Shown here: positions 1-9,412 of the stretch, one piece after another
Numbering within the stretch: the stretch's first letter is position 1
Layout of the letters: each line of letters opens with the position of its first letter
Source of the DNA: an uncultured Bacilli bacterium
Lineage (GTDB): Bacteria; Bacillota_I; Bacilli_A; RF39; UBA660
Assembly (NCBI GenBank): GCA_934120265.1
Contig: CAKOTU010000001.1
Coordinates: 69,395-133,394 of the forward strand
DNA length: 64,000 bases
Reading direction: 5' to 3'
The notes under the pieces: model-generated
Told to the model about the DNA's origin: nothing
Seen by the model: the letters and a program-made list of their open reading frames with translations, nothing else
The model's database searches: none
Made by a program: the position numbers and the translations under genes

Positions 1-1
1 G

Positions 2-682
2 CCACTGTCCATTAATAATGTTTTAGTAACTAATCACTTATTTGAGCTTAATGAATTAAGTGATAGTTTTAGAAGAGTAAGCGCAATCAATCCTGGAGTT
101 ATGGGAACAACCGGAATAGAAACCAGCGACATTATCTTAAGTATTGTGGAAAAAATAAAACCTAGCTTTATTCTAGTAGTAGATGCTCTTGCTAGTGGTT
201 CAATAGAAAGAGTGAATAAAACTATCCAAATGACAGATACTGGAATACATCCTGGAAGTGGAGTAGGAAATAGTAGAAAAGAAATAAGCAAGGATATTTT
301 AGGAATTCCTGTTATTGCTATTGGGGTTCCAACTACTGTTGATGCTGTGACGATTGTAAGTGATACAATAAATTATATGTATAAACATTTTTCTTATACA
401 AAAGAAAATGTGAATAATCCAAGTAATAAATTAATGGTTTCAACTCCCAATTATTTAAAAAAAGCTGTTAAAGTAGACGATAAAGATAAAAATAATTTGC
501 TTGGTTTAGTAGGACTCTTAAATGAAGAAGAAGTTAAACAGTTAATTTTTGAAGTATTAACACCTATAGGTTATAATTTAATGGTAACGCCTAAGGAAAT
601 AGATTTTTTAGTTGATAAATTAGCCTATGTTATTGGTAATGGTATAAACAAAGCTTTACATAATACGGATATTTACAATTAA
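2..682 (+). CDS. gpr: Germination protease GPR (spore endopeptidase), 5' end cut by window edge
   Basis: Frame stays open to the window start. Contains GVMGTTGIETSDII...VVDALAS...IQMTDTGIHPGSGVGN block typical of GPR. Confidence 0.85.
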   Translation, partial: PLSINNVLVTNHLFELNELSDSFRRVSAINPGVMGTTGIETSDIILSIVEKIKPSFILVVDALASGSIERVNKTIQMTDTGIHPGSGVGNSRKEISKDILGIPVIAIGVPTTVDAVTIVSDTINYMYKHFSYTKENVNNPSNKLMVSTPNYLKKAVKVDDKDKNNLLGLVGLLNEEEVKQLIFEVLTPIGYNLMVTPKEIDFLVDKLAYVIGNGINKALHNTDIYN

Positions 683-693
683 AGCCTATAATA

Positions 694-1824
694 CTAATTT
701 ATTATAGGCTTTTCTAATTGGTCTTTTATATTATTATCAGTAATTATGTTATATATATCAGTTACACGATGTTCTAGTTTTAACATTTCATCATTTGAAC
801 TTTTTGGATTAGTTATTATAGGAATGCTTGAGTCTTTCTTAACTCTATTTAAATAATTTTTACCTTTATCATTAAACCCTAAAACTCTTATATAAGTTAT
901 TTCTTTAAACTTATCTGCTTCATCTTTTGTGAAGTTACACAATATATGAATTAACATTCTTGAAATTTTATTATAAGTATACCTTTTTGTTTTGATTTTA
1001 GAAATTAATTCATCTATTGTAGAAACATTATTTATATATTTTATTATACGATTTTCTATTCCTTCATCAACGGTTTGATATAAAGCTAGATTTTTATCAC
1101 TATTAATTTTATATTTTAGTAATTCAAATAATTTAGTATCAAAATTCTTTTTGTTTATATATTTATATGAAAAACTTGGAACATATTTTTTAAATCTTTT
1201 TTTATTTTTAATTAGATTTCTTATAGCACTAGCACTGATAATTTTATCATTTGCTTTTAAGCTATGATAGTCGTTAGTTCTTTTAATACTTACGGGAGTA
1301 ATATTGTACTTATTTTTAATTATTTCTTTTATGTAACTAAGACCTAATAAATCATTTGGATTATTAACACTTTTTCCTCCTAAATCTGTTAGAGCTTTAT
1401 TCATAGCAGTAGGATAATTAATCCCATTGTCCATATATTGTTTTACTAATTTGTCATATTTTTTACTTTTTAATTGAATTTTAGCAAGTTCTTTTAAAGT
1501 ATCAATATTATTTGATTCGCTACCAAAAACAATGTATTCACAGTTTAAATAATTAAGTAAAGAAAGACTGCCTTTGGCAAATATATCTGCAGACTGAGTG
1601 GAGAAAACAAATGGAAGTTCAATAACTAAATCTACTCCATAGTTGAGTGCTATTTTAGTTTTATCAAATTTATTTATAATACTTACTTCACCACGTTCTG
1701 TAAAGCTAGAACTTTGAATAAGAATAACTGTATGATCAGGGAACATTTCTTTAACTTTATTAATGTGATATAAGTGCCCATTATGAAATGGATTATATTC
1801 ACAAATTATTCCAACGCTTTTCAT
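694..1824 (-). CDS. tmcAL: tRNA(Met) cytidine acetate ligase (YlbM/TmcAL family nucleotidyltransferase)
   Basis: N-terminus MKSVGIICEYNPFHNGHLYH matches the HxGH nucleotidyltransferase start of YlbM/TmcAL. Length 376 aa. Confidence 0.8.
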   Translation of the reverse strand: MKSVGIICEYNPFHNGHLYHINKVKEMFPDHTVILIQSSSFTERGEVSIINKFDKTKIALNYGVDLVIELPFVFSTQSADIFAKGSLSLLNYLNCEYIVFGSESNNIDTLKELAKIQLKSKKYDKLVKQYMDNGINYPTAMNKALTDLGGKSVNNPNDLLGLSYIKEIIKNKYNITPVSIKRTNDYHSLKANDKIISASAIRNLIKNKKRFKKYVPSFSYKYINKKNFDTKLFELLKYKINSDKNLALYQTVDEGIENRIIKYINNVSTIDELISKIKTKRYTYNKISRMLIHILCNFTKDEADKFKEITYIRVLGFNDKGKNYLNRVKKDSSIPIITNPKSSNDEMLKLEHRVTDIYNIITDNNIKDQLEKPIIN

Positions 1825-1917
1825 AAAATCACCACCAATATAATAGCATACTTTAAAAAAATATAAAACTTGCTTTTTAAAATAAAGTTATGTATAATGA
1901 TTCTTGTTGGTGATTAT

Positions 1918-2406
1918 ATGGAATATAATTTATTAAGATTAAAAAATGATTTAGATGAATTTATATTAATTGATGAAAGTTATTCATTTTCAAAAGAAGA
2001 ACTAAAAGGAACTGATGTAATTAGTTTGAATGATGTTAAAGTAGTAGGTGAAATAACTAAAGACGCTATTGATGAAATATATTTAGATATCAATGTTAGT
2101 GGAACTTTAGTTTTACCTTGCGCTATTACTTTAAAGCCAGTTAATTATCCCTTTGATATAAAAATCGAAGGAAATATTGATGAATTAGCTGGAGAAAATG
2201 AAAAAAGTGTAAAAAAAGATGAAAATACACTTGATATTTTACCAATAATATGGGAAAATATATTAATGGAAATTCCCATGAGAGTTGTTAGTGAAGATGC
2301 TGAAGAGGAGTTATCTAATTTAGAAGGTAATGGTTGGAAAGTTATTACTGAAGAAGATGATGGCGAAATTAACCCAGAACTTGCTAAATTAAAAGATTTG
2401 TTATAA
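1918..2406 (+). CDS. ylbN: YceD/DUF177 family protein (23S rRNA accumulation protein-like)
   Basis: Acidic ~160-aa protein directly upstream of rpmF, the conserved ylbN-rpmF pairing. Start moved to the ATG after a GGTGA RBS. Confidence 0.7.
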   Translation: MEYNLLRLKNDLDEFILIDESYSFSKEELKGTDVISLNDVKVVGEITKDAIDEIYLDINVSGTLVLPCAITLKPVNYPFDIKIEGNIDELAGENEKSVKKDENTLDILPIIWENILMEIPMRVVSEDAEEELSNLEGNGWKVITEEDDGEINPELAKLKDLL

Positions 2407-2421
2407 GAAAGAGGTGGAATC

Positions 2422-2613
2422 ATGGCTGTACCATTTAGAAGAGTTAGTAAAACAAGTGGAAGAATGAGAAGAACTCATTATAAAATTAGTGAAAATGGAA
2501 CTACTAAGTGTCCAAAATGTGGTGCTGAAATAAGACCACACCGTGTATGTACTGAATGTGGAACTTACAAGGGAAAAGAAGTAATTAAGTCAAAAGAAGA
2601 AACAGCTAAATAG
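2422..2613 (+). CDS. rpmF: 50S ribosomal protein L32
   Basis: [19 protein letters not shown]... with CPKCG...CTECG zinc ribbon. GAGGTGG RBS. Confidence 0.95.
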   Translation: MAVPFRRVSKTSGRMRRTHYKISENGTTKCPKCGAEIRPHRVCTECGTYKGKEVIKSKEETAK

Positions 2614-2661
2614 TTGTTTTTTTTTATTATTTTATGTGTTATAATGAAACTAGGTGATAGT

Positions 2662-3465
2662 ATGAAGAAACGTGGTTTTACTTTAGTTGAATTATTAGCA
2701 GTGTTAGTTTTAATAGCTGCTATATCCTTGGTTGTTTTTCCAAGTATAATAAATTATATCAACAATTCAAAAGGAGATATTAACGAAGTAACAAAACAAA
2801 TGATAATAACTAGTGCTAATCAGTATATGAGTGATAAATATCAACAAGAATTAAATGCATCTGTATGTTTTGATTTACAAACTTTAATTGATAACGAATA
2901 TTTAGAAAAATCAACACTTACAAATCAAGTTAGTAAAATAGATCCTAATACAACTTATATTCAAGCTGATTATGCTATTGATCCAGATTTAAAAACAGAG
3001 AAGTATATCATAAAAATTGTAACAAAATGTGTCACTTACGGTGATGTAAATTTAGATGGAAATGTAAATTCAACTGATTTTGATGCTTTAAAAACATATA
3101 TAAAAGGTGGTTCTAGTTTATCGGAAGAAGCTTTTGCAAATGCTGATGTAACTTTAGATGGAAAAGTTGATATCATTGACTTAGCTGTTATAAGAGCAAG
3201 ATTATCAAATACTTTAGCTGAATTTCCATTTAGTATAGATAGTGATAAGTTTAAATTTGGAGATTTGGATCTTGACGGAGAAGTTACAGAAAAAGATAGT
3301 GTAATGCTTGATAGATATATTGCTGAGTGGTTTGATTTTACATCATTACAAAAGATAGCCGCTGATCTTAACTTAGATGGAACGATAGATTCACAAGACT
3401 CATTAATCATGAGCAAATATTTGGCAAATTGGGCAGATTATAAGACTTTACCAAAACTTGATTAA
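2662..3465 (+). CDS. Prepilin-type N-terminal domain protein with two C-terminal dockerin-like modules
   Basis: MKKRG/FTLVELLAVLVLIAAI class III signal. Four DxNxDGxVNxxD-type Ca-binding repeats: DVNLDGNVNSTD, DVTLDGKVDIID, DLDLDGEVTEKD, DLNLDGTIDSQD. AGGTGA RBS precedes the ATG at 2662. Confidence 0.7.
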   Translation: MKKRGFTLVELLAVLVLIAAISLVVFPSIINYINNSKGDINEVTKQMIITSANQYMSDKYQQELNASVCFDLQTLIDNEYLEKSTLTNQVSKIDPNTTYIQADYAIDPDLKTEKYIIKIVTKCVTYGDVNLDGNVNSTDFDALKTYIKGGSSLSEEAFANADVTLDGKVDIIDLAVIRARLSNTLAEFPFSIDSDKFKFGDLDLDGEVTEKDSVMLDRYIAEWFDFTSLQKIAADLNLDGTIDSQDSLIMSKYLANWADYKTLPKLD

Positions 3466-3495
3466 AAAAGTGTTGAAAATTTTCAACACTTTTTT
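3465..3495. terminator. Bidirectional intrinsic terminator between convergent genes
   Basis: AAAAAGTGTTGAAAAT/TTTCAACACTTTTTT perfect hairpin flanked by an A-run and a T-run. Confidence 0.7.
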
Positions 3496-4624
3496 AGTTT
3501 TTATAAACAATTGTTTCTTTTGAAATATTAAAAATTATTCCACTCATAATCATATAGCTAAGTAAACTAGAACCACCATAGCTTATAAATGGCAAAGTTA
3601 TACCTGTAATAGGAATTAGACCTAAAGTCATACCTATATTTTGTATTTGTTGATATAGCAACATTCCAACAATACCAGCAATAATATATTTATTAGTTTT
3701 ATTGTTGGTTTTACTAGCTAGTATTATTAATTTTATATCAAAATAAGCAATAATTATTAATAAAACTATTGATCCGATAAATCCTAAATTATTAGCAAAT
3801 ACAGCAAAAATAAAATCTGTTTGTGGTTCAGGAAAATAAATTGGGGTATGATTAAACCCGTACCCAAATAAACCTCCTGCGCCAATTGCGGCCATTCCGT
3901 TTTCAAGCTGATAACCACTAGAACTAGACCAATCAAGTAATCTATCTATTCTAAGAAAAAAACTTGTTCCAAATATTTTAATAAAAAGATCATTATCAAT
4001 AAAGTATATTCCGACGACTGATCCGATTAATAAGGTGATAATAATACCTAAAATAAAAAACCAACGCAACCTTATACCGGCAATAAAAAGCATTGTAATG
4101 GTTATTAGAATATAGATTAAAACAACTCCTGTATCAGGTTGAAGAAATGTTAAAATGCTAGGTATTAATACTACTATTCCTATTTTCAAAAGAAAAAAGA
4201 ATTCTTCTTTTACGGTTGGATTTGGATATCGTTCATTAAATTTGTTTATTAATACGCCTAAAGTTATTATTAGAATAATTTTCATAAATTCGCTTGGTTG
4301 AACAGCGCCAATTCCCGGAATAGTAAACCAACACTTTGATTCATGAATTGGCTTAGCAAACAAAAGAAGCCCAATTAGAGTTAAAACGCCAAATCCATAT
4401 AACCACCATATATTTTTATAAATAAAATTATTTCCTATGAACATAATAAAGAAAGCCAAAACAAATCCTATTAAATACCAAATAGCCTGTTTTATAACTA
4501 AAGTATGCAAATAGCTCGGAAGTAGTTTTTGTGCACTATTGATAGTTAATAGACTGATTATAAAAAAACATATTATAGATATTAATAGTCCAAGATCAAT
4601 TTTAAATATCTTATCAGTTTTCAT
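3494..4624 (-). CDS. SEDS-family peptidoglycan glycosyltransferase (FtsW/RodA/SpoVE)
   Basis: About 10 TM segments. C-terminal GLIPITGITLPFISYGGSSLL motif characteristic of FtsW/RodA. Confidence 0.85.
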   Translation of the reverse strand: MKTDKIFKIDLGLLISIICFFIISLLTINSAQKLLPSYLHTLVIKQAIWYLIGFVLAFFIMFIGNNFIYKNIWWLYGFGVLTLIGLLLFAKPIHESKCWFTIPGIGAVQPSEFMKIILIITLGVLINKFNERYPNPTVKEEFFFLLKIGIVVLIPSILTFLQPDTGVVLIYILITITMLFIAGIRLRWFFILGIIITLLIGSVVGIYFIDNDLFIKIFGTSFFLRIDRLLDWSSSSGYQLENGMAAIGAGGLFGYGFNHTPIYFPEPQTDFIFAVFANNLGFIGSIVLLIIIAYFDIKLIILASKTNNKTNKYIIAGIVGMLLYQQIQNIGMTLGLIPITGITLPFISYGGSSLLSYMIMSGIIFNISKETIVYKN

Positions 4625-4724
4625 AAATCACCTCTGTATTTATTATTTACACAATATTAAAATGTATAAATTAAATGTTGCTAAAAAATATTTATTTATA
4701 GTATAATATATTAAGGTGATGAAA

Positions 4725-5039
4725 ATGCAATACATAAAATATTTAATAATAATTGTGGTTATGTTAATTATAGCTTTCTCAATTACAAAGACAAAGAAAA
4801 AAGATTATAAAATTGAGGTTAATAAATTGGTTGACTATCTTGGTGGAAAGAAAAATATCATTGATTATGAATTTAATAAATCAAGATTTATTGTAAAGTT
4901 AGAAAATATTGATATGGTTAATAAAGAAGCAATTCAAAAGATGGGAGCTCAAGGTATTGTTGAAATAGATAATCAATTAAAGATAATACTAGGTCCTGAT
5001 GCTAAACAATTAAAAAAATATATAGATGACTTAAAGTGA
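4725..5039 (+). CDS. Membrane-anchored PTS EIIB-like domain protein lacking the catalytic Cys
   Basis: N-terminal TM, then LVDYLGGKKNIIDYEFNKSRFIVKL...GAQGIV...LKIILGP resembling the glucose-family EIIB fold. The HCxTRLR Cys position reads NKSRF. Start is ambiguous (4716, 4719 or 4725). Confidence 0.5.
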   Translation: MQYIKYLIIIVVMLIIAFSITKTKKKDYKIEVNKLVDYLGGKKNIIDYEFNKSRFIVKLENIDMVNKEAIQKMGAQGIVEIDNQLKIILGPDAKQLKKYIDDLK

Positions 5040-5117
5040 TAAAATTTATCACTTTTTTTCTTTTTTCGACAATATACGACATGCTAATAATGTATATTAT
5101 TGTCGAGAGGTGATTAA

Positions 5118-6350
5118 ATGGATTATATAGAAACCGTTATTCTTAACTGTATTTATATATTATTTCCACTATTTTTATATTTTTTATATTTCGCATATAC
5201 AAAGGCCTTTGATAAAAATACAACTAAAATTGTGTTAAATTTTTGTGTTCTATCTTCTTTTTATTTGGTAATAAAATTCGGCCCTGAAAACATATTACTT
5301 CGTTTACTTTTCTTAAATATTCCGATTATATTAGCTTATTATTATGATAAAAAAATGAGTTCTATTTTATTATCAATATATATGATAATTATTTATTCTC
5401 ATTTTAGTAATGATGTTTTAATGTTTATGATATTTAATTATATTATTTGCTTTTTGTTAAAATATAAAATCAATTCTTCTAAAATACATATTACTATTTT
5501 TACATTGTTTCAAATTATTAGTGTTTTAGTTCTAAAGTATAGTTTTAATGCTTTTAAAGATTTTTCTACTAATGATATAATTGTTAATTCTATAGTATTT
5601 ATTATAACCAATCTAATTTGTTTATTTTCATTAAAAAAAATAAAAGAAATAGTTAAATTAGAAATGACTATGAAAGAGTTAAAAAAAGAGGAACAAATAA
5701 GAACATCTCTTTTTAAAATAACACATGAAATAAAAAATCCTATAGCGGTATGTAAAGGATATTTAGATATGTTTGATATTAATAATAAAGATCATGCAAG
5801 AAAATATATTCCTATTATAAGATCAGAAATTAATCGTACGCTCATTCTTCTTCAAGATTTTTTAGATTGTAATCATTTAAAAGTAAATAAAGATATTTTA
5901 GATATTAATATGTTACTAAATGATGTAGAAGAAGAGTGTAGGCCGCTTGTAAATAGTAAAAAGATTAATTTTATAAGCAATATTGATTATGATGAGGAAC
6001 TTTATTTAGATGGTGATTATGAAAGATTAAAACAAGTTTTGGTAAATATTATTAAAAATAGTATTGAGGCTATTAAAGTTAAAGATGATAGTTATATTGA
6101 AATTAATAGCGATATTATTAATAATAAAATACATATTGTAATTGAAGACAATGGAGAAGGTATAAAAAAAGAAGATTTAAAAAAAATACAAGAACCATTT
6201 TACACTACCAAGAAAGATGGCACAGGATTGGGTGTAACATTATCTTATGAAATAATAAAAGCACATAATGGCTCTATTACTTACACGTCTGTTTATCATA
6301 AATGGACCAAGGTAGAGATTGTTTTGCCACTTAATAAAGTTGATCTTTGA
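5118..6350 (+). CDS. Orphan membrane sensor histidine kinase
   Basis: Multi-TM N-terminus. H-box ITHEIKNPIAV, N-box VLVNIIKNSIEA, G-boxes EDNGEGI and GTGLGV. No adjacent response regulator. Confidence 0.8.
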   Translation: MDYIETVILNCIYILFPLFLYFLYFAYTKAFDKNTTKIVLNFCVLSSFYLVIKFGPENILLRLLFLNIPIILAYYYDKKMSSILLSIYMIIIYSHFSNDVLMFMIFNYIICFLLKYKINSSKIHITIFTLFQIISVLVLKYSFNAFKDFSTNDIIVNSIVFIITNLICLFSLKKIKEIVKLEMTMKELKKEEQIRTSLFKITHEIKNPIAVCKGYLDMFDINNKDHARKYIPIIRSEINRTLILLQDFLDCNHLKVNKDILDINMLLNDVEEECRPLVNSKKINFISNIDYDEELYLDGDYERLKQVLVNIIKNSIEAIKVKDDSYIEINSDIINNKIHIVIEDNGEGIKKEDLKKIQEPFYTTKKDGTGLGVTLSYEIIKAHNGSITYTSVYHKWTKVEIVLPLNKVDL

Positions 6351-6352
6351 CG

Positions 6353-6382
6353 TTGACTTTAAGATCATTTTGCCTGTATAAT
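6353..6382 (+). promoter_or_regulatory. Sigma-A-type promoter of the pilin-like gene
   Basis: TTGACT, 18-nt spacer, TATAAT preceded by TG. Same geometry as the promoters at 33811 and 53609. Confidence 0.55.
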
Positions 6383-6407
6383 TAAGATGTAAATTATAGG
6401 AGGCCAT

Positions 6408-7370
6408 ATGAGAAAAAAAGGATTTACTTTGATAGAACTATTAGCAGTAATAATAGTACTAGCTGTTATAGCACTAATAATAACACCAATAGTAACAAAA
6501 ACAATAAAGGATGCAAAAAAGGGATCAGCTGAAATTGAAGCACAAAATTATATAAGGGCTGTACAATTCGCAATATCTAATTCAGAAATTATTAAGAAAT
6601 CTATTCCGGATGGAAGGTATAACATAGATAGTGATGGTAATTTAACGGGTACAGGTTTACCAGATGGAAAACTGGAAATAGATACAAATGGAGATAGACC
6701 AACGGGAGGAACAATAGTAGTAAAAAGTGGACAGGTAACAACTGATTCTGTTATAGAAGTGGGAAGTTATGAAGTTGCATACAATCCAGCAATAGATAGT
6801 TATGAAGCAAAAGAAAAAGGTACATCATTAATTTGTGACTTACAAGAAGGAACAAGTCAAACAGTAGGAGCAAAATATACATGTCATTTAGATAATGATA
6901 GAACATTTTATGTATTAGAAACTTCTGGAGATAACGTAAGTTTAATAATGTCAGAAAATTTTACGGATGATACTGTATCAGCAACAGTAGGTTGGTGTAT
7001 AGATGGAGTACGTAACAATACAACATGTAAAAACATAAATTCTAAAGATGAAGGAACACCATTAAAACATATACAGGATGTATTCGGTACAAAAGTAGTA
7101 GTAAGTTTCCCGACCGCAAGTCAACTTGCAAAAGCATCAGGTAAAACATTTGATAATGCCGCAATTTCATTAACACCAACATGGCTATACGCTAATTTAT
7201 TCGGTTATTCAATTCCATATGGATATTGGACTGCTTCCTATATGTCTAGCACTAGTGATCAAGCTTGGTATGTATCTAGTGATAGTAGTGTGAGTAACAT
7301 CACTGTTGAACTTTCAAGCGTATTCGGTGTACGCCCAGTAATTACAATTTCAAAATCACAATTAAATTAA
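6408..7370 (+). CDS. Prepilin-type protein, shared N-terminal module plus Cys-containing C-terminal domain ending GVRPV
   Basis: MRKKG/FTLIELLAVIIVLAVIALI. Residues ~1-135 are paralogous to the ORFs at 34134 and 53848. C-terminus has YGYWTAS...AWYV...VFGVRPVITI, shared with 34134. AGGAGG RBS. Confidence 0.75.
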   Translation: MRKKGFTLIELLAVIIVLAVIALIITPIVTKTIKDAKKGSAEIEAQNYIRAVQFAISNSEIIKKSIPDGRYNIDSDGNLTGTGLPDGKLEIDTNGDRPTGGTIVVKSGQVTTDSVIEVGSYEVAYNPAIDSYEAKEKGTSLICDLQEGTSQTVGAKYTCHLDNDRTFYVLETSGDNVSLIMSENFTDDTVSATVGWCIDGVRNNTTCKNINSKDEGTPLKHIQDVFGTKVVVSFPTASQLAKASGKTFDNAAISLTPTWLYANLFGYSIPYGYWTASYMSSTSDQAWYVSSDSSVSNITVELSSVFGVRPVITISKSQLN

Positions 7371-7377
7371 AAATAAG

Positions 7378-7410
7378 AATCATGAAATTTTAAAATTTTA
7401 TGATTTTTTG
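7378..7410 (+). terminator. Intrinsic terminator
   Basis: AATCATGAAATTT...AAATTTTATGATT hairpin plus TTTTT. Similar sequence to the terminator after 34134..35552. Confidence 0.65.
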
Positions 7411-7475
7411 TTTGAAATTATTAAAAATGTATACACAAAATTAAAAATATGGTAAAATGAATGTAGGGTGATGGT

Positions 7476-8021
7476 ATGACTGATTTATATGAAATAAAAA
7501 CTGCACTTCATAATAATGAAGGAATTAATCCAGATGTTAGAGATGATATCTTTGAATTAGTTGTAGTCTTTAATAATAAATTTCCTGCTGTTAGTTTGGA
7601 ACATTTAAAAGAACATTTAAAAACATTGAAAATAAGAAAAGTAAATAAATTTTTAAATAATGATGTTTCTATGTATGATTGTAAAAATAATGTTTTATAT
7701 TTTAACAAAGATAAAATGACTGACGAATATGATTTCCGTCACATATTGATGTACGAACTAATTAATATTATTTCATCAAATGGTTTTCAAACTGGATTTA
7801 ATAGTGAAGGAAGGTTTGAAGCTCTAAATACTGGTTATACTGAAATATTAGCTAACTTTTTAGTTGGTAATAATGGTTCTAAGTTAATTTATCCCAATGA
7901 AGCAGTTATGGCTAATATGATAGGTGTTATGGCTGGTGAAGATAAAATGTTTGATGCATATTTTAATAATGATGCTAAAGTATTATTACAAGCATTAACA
8001 GAAGTAGGGGTGGAGTTATGA
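7476..8021 (+). CDS. Hypothetical protein, possible degenerate metallopeptidase-like fold
   Basis: GGGTGA RBS. FRHILMYELINI sits where the paralog-like ORF at 9413 has HEFFH. No family recognised. Confidence 0.45.
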   Translation: MTDLYEIKTALHNNEGINPDVRDDIFELVVVFNNKFPAVSLEHLKEHLKTLKIRKVNKFLNNDVSMYDCKNNVLYFNKDKMTDEYDFRHILMYELINIISSNGFQTGFNSEGRFEALNTGYTEILANFLVGNNGSKLIYPNEAVMANMIGVMAGEDKMFDAYFNNDAKVLLQALTEVGVEL

Positions 8022-8296
8022 CATTTACAAATTTAAATGATAAAATGAATTACTATAGTGAAATAAGTAAAAAAACTGGAAAAAATAAATGGGATCAGGA
8101 TGCTATTCAAAATGATCTTATAGAGATTGTTTCTAAATGCAATTTACCTGTGGAAAAGTTAGAAAGAATTGAATCATTTATGGTACGTGATAATGCTGCT
8201 TTAGATATGGAATCAAGTAGAAATAAATCCTGCGAAGTATTTGACAAATTAGTAGCTATGAAAAAAGAAGAGGCAACTCTAACTAAACGCATGTAG
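8018..8296 (+). CDS. Hypothetical small protein, translationally coupled to the upstream ORF
   Basis: ATGA start/stop overlap with 7476..8021. GGGGTGGAG RBS. Followed by a strong terminator. Confidence 0.45.
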   Translation: MTFTNLNDKMNYYSEISKKTGKNKWDQDAIQNDLIEIVSKCNLPVEKLERIESFMVRDNAALDMESSRNKSCEVFDKLVAMKKEEATLTKRM

Positions 8297-8300
8297 TGTG

Positions 8301-8326
8301 AAGTCCAATTAATTGGACTTTTTTTC
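8301..8326 (+). terminator. Intrinsic terminator
   Basis: AAGTCCAATT/AATTGGACTT perfect hairpin plus TTTTTT. Confidence 0.8.
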
Positions 8327-8384
8327 TTTATAAGTAGATTTAAATTTATGTTTTTGTTATAATAGTGGCATTGGAAGTGAGATT

Positions 8385-9410
8385 ATGAAAACAGATGATT
8401 TTGATTTTGAATTACCAGAGGAGTTAATTGCTCAAACTCCTATTAAGGAACGTGATCATTCACGACTATTAGTACTTAATAGAAAAGATGGTTCTATTGA
8501 ACATAAGATATTTACTGATGTTGTAGATTATTTGGAAGAGGGCGATTCTTTAGTTTTGAATGACACTAAAGTTATGCCAGCCCGTTTATTTGGTGTTAAA
8601 GAAGAAACTAATGCAGTTATTGAAGTATTGCTTTTAAAAGATTTAGGAGAAAATAAATGGGAATGTTTAACAAGACCAGCTAAAAGAATTAAAGAGGGAA
8701 CTATAGTTAGCTTTGGAGATGGAATTTTAAAAGCTGAATGTATAAAGTGTGATGATGAAGGTATTCGTGAATTCAAACTTATTTATGATGGTATTTTGTA
8801 TGAGATACTTGATAAATTAGGGGAGATGCCACTTCCTCCATATATTCATGAAAAATTGGAAGATAAGAATAGATATCAAACTGTATATGCGAAAAATATA
8901 GGTTCTGCAGCTGCTCCAACAGCAGGGTTACACTTTACAAAAGAATTACTTGAAAAAATAAAAAATAAGGGTGTAAATATTGTTTATATAACTCTTCATG
9001 TTGGACTTGGAACTTTTAGGCCTGTAAATGTGGAAGATGTAACTAAGCATAAGATGCATAGTGAATATTATATGATGAGTAAATCTGCGGCTAATACTTT
9101 GAAAAAAACAAAAGAAAATGGTAAAAAAATAATCAGTGTTGGAACTACTTCAACACGAACTTTAGAAACTATTATGAGTTTATACGGTGAATTTAAAGAA
9201 TGTAGTGGGTGGACAGATATCTTTATATATCCAGGTTATAAGTTTAAAGCTGTGGATAATCTAATAACTAATTTTCATTTGCCTAAGTCAACACTTGTAA
9301 TGTTAGTAAGTGCCCTTGCTAGTAAAGAATTAATCATGAAAGCTTATCATGAGGCTATAATTAATAAATATAGATTTTTCTCTTTTGGAGATTCAATGTT
9401 AATAAGGTAA
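8385..9410 (+). CDS. queA: S-adenosylmethionine:tRNA ribosyltransferase-isomerase
   Basis: [19 protein letters not shown]...RDHSRLLVL...[10 protein letters not shown]...TSTRTLE, full-length QueA pattern. Confidence 0.95.
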   Translation: MKTDDFDFELPEELIAQTPIKERDHSRLLVLNRKDGSIEHKIFTDVVDYLEEGDSLVLNDTKVMPARLFGVKEETNAVIEVLLLKDLGENKWECLTRPAKRIKEGTIVSFGDGILKAECIKCDDEGIREFKLIYDGILYEILDKLGEMPLPPYIHEKLEDKNRYQTVYAKNIGSAAAPTAGLHFTKELLEKIKNKGVNIVYITLHVGLGTFRPVNVEDVTKHKMHSEYYMMSKSAANTLKKTKENGKKIISVGTTSTRTLETIMSLYGEFKECSGWTDIFIYPGYKFKAVDNLITNFHLPKSTLVMLVSALASKELIMKAYHEAIINKYRFFSFGDSMLIR

Positions 9411-9412
9411 AT

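Noticed and set aside
34-3416. Antisense or overlapping ORFs 34-291(-), 2145-2423(-) and 3036-3416(-). Similar ones occur elsewhere: 7508-7708, 8107-8292, 8528-8776, 15260-15457, 17679-17897, 20075-20266, 21109-21366, 23998-24264, 24792-25040, 26506-26724, 27113-27295, 32004-32303, 34274-34609, 35894-36163, 36986-37195, 37782-38009, 39549-39848, 43625-43810, 47407-47658, 48346-48627, 53178-53688, 53870-54163, 54997-55254, 56004-56195, 57011-57247, 58306-58695, 60766-61047 and 60799-61017.
   Set aside because: Each is nested in or opposite a CDS with clear family motifs. They lack Shine-Dalgarno sequences and have Ser/Leu/Ile-rich shadow-frame composition.
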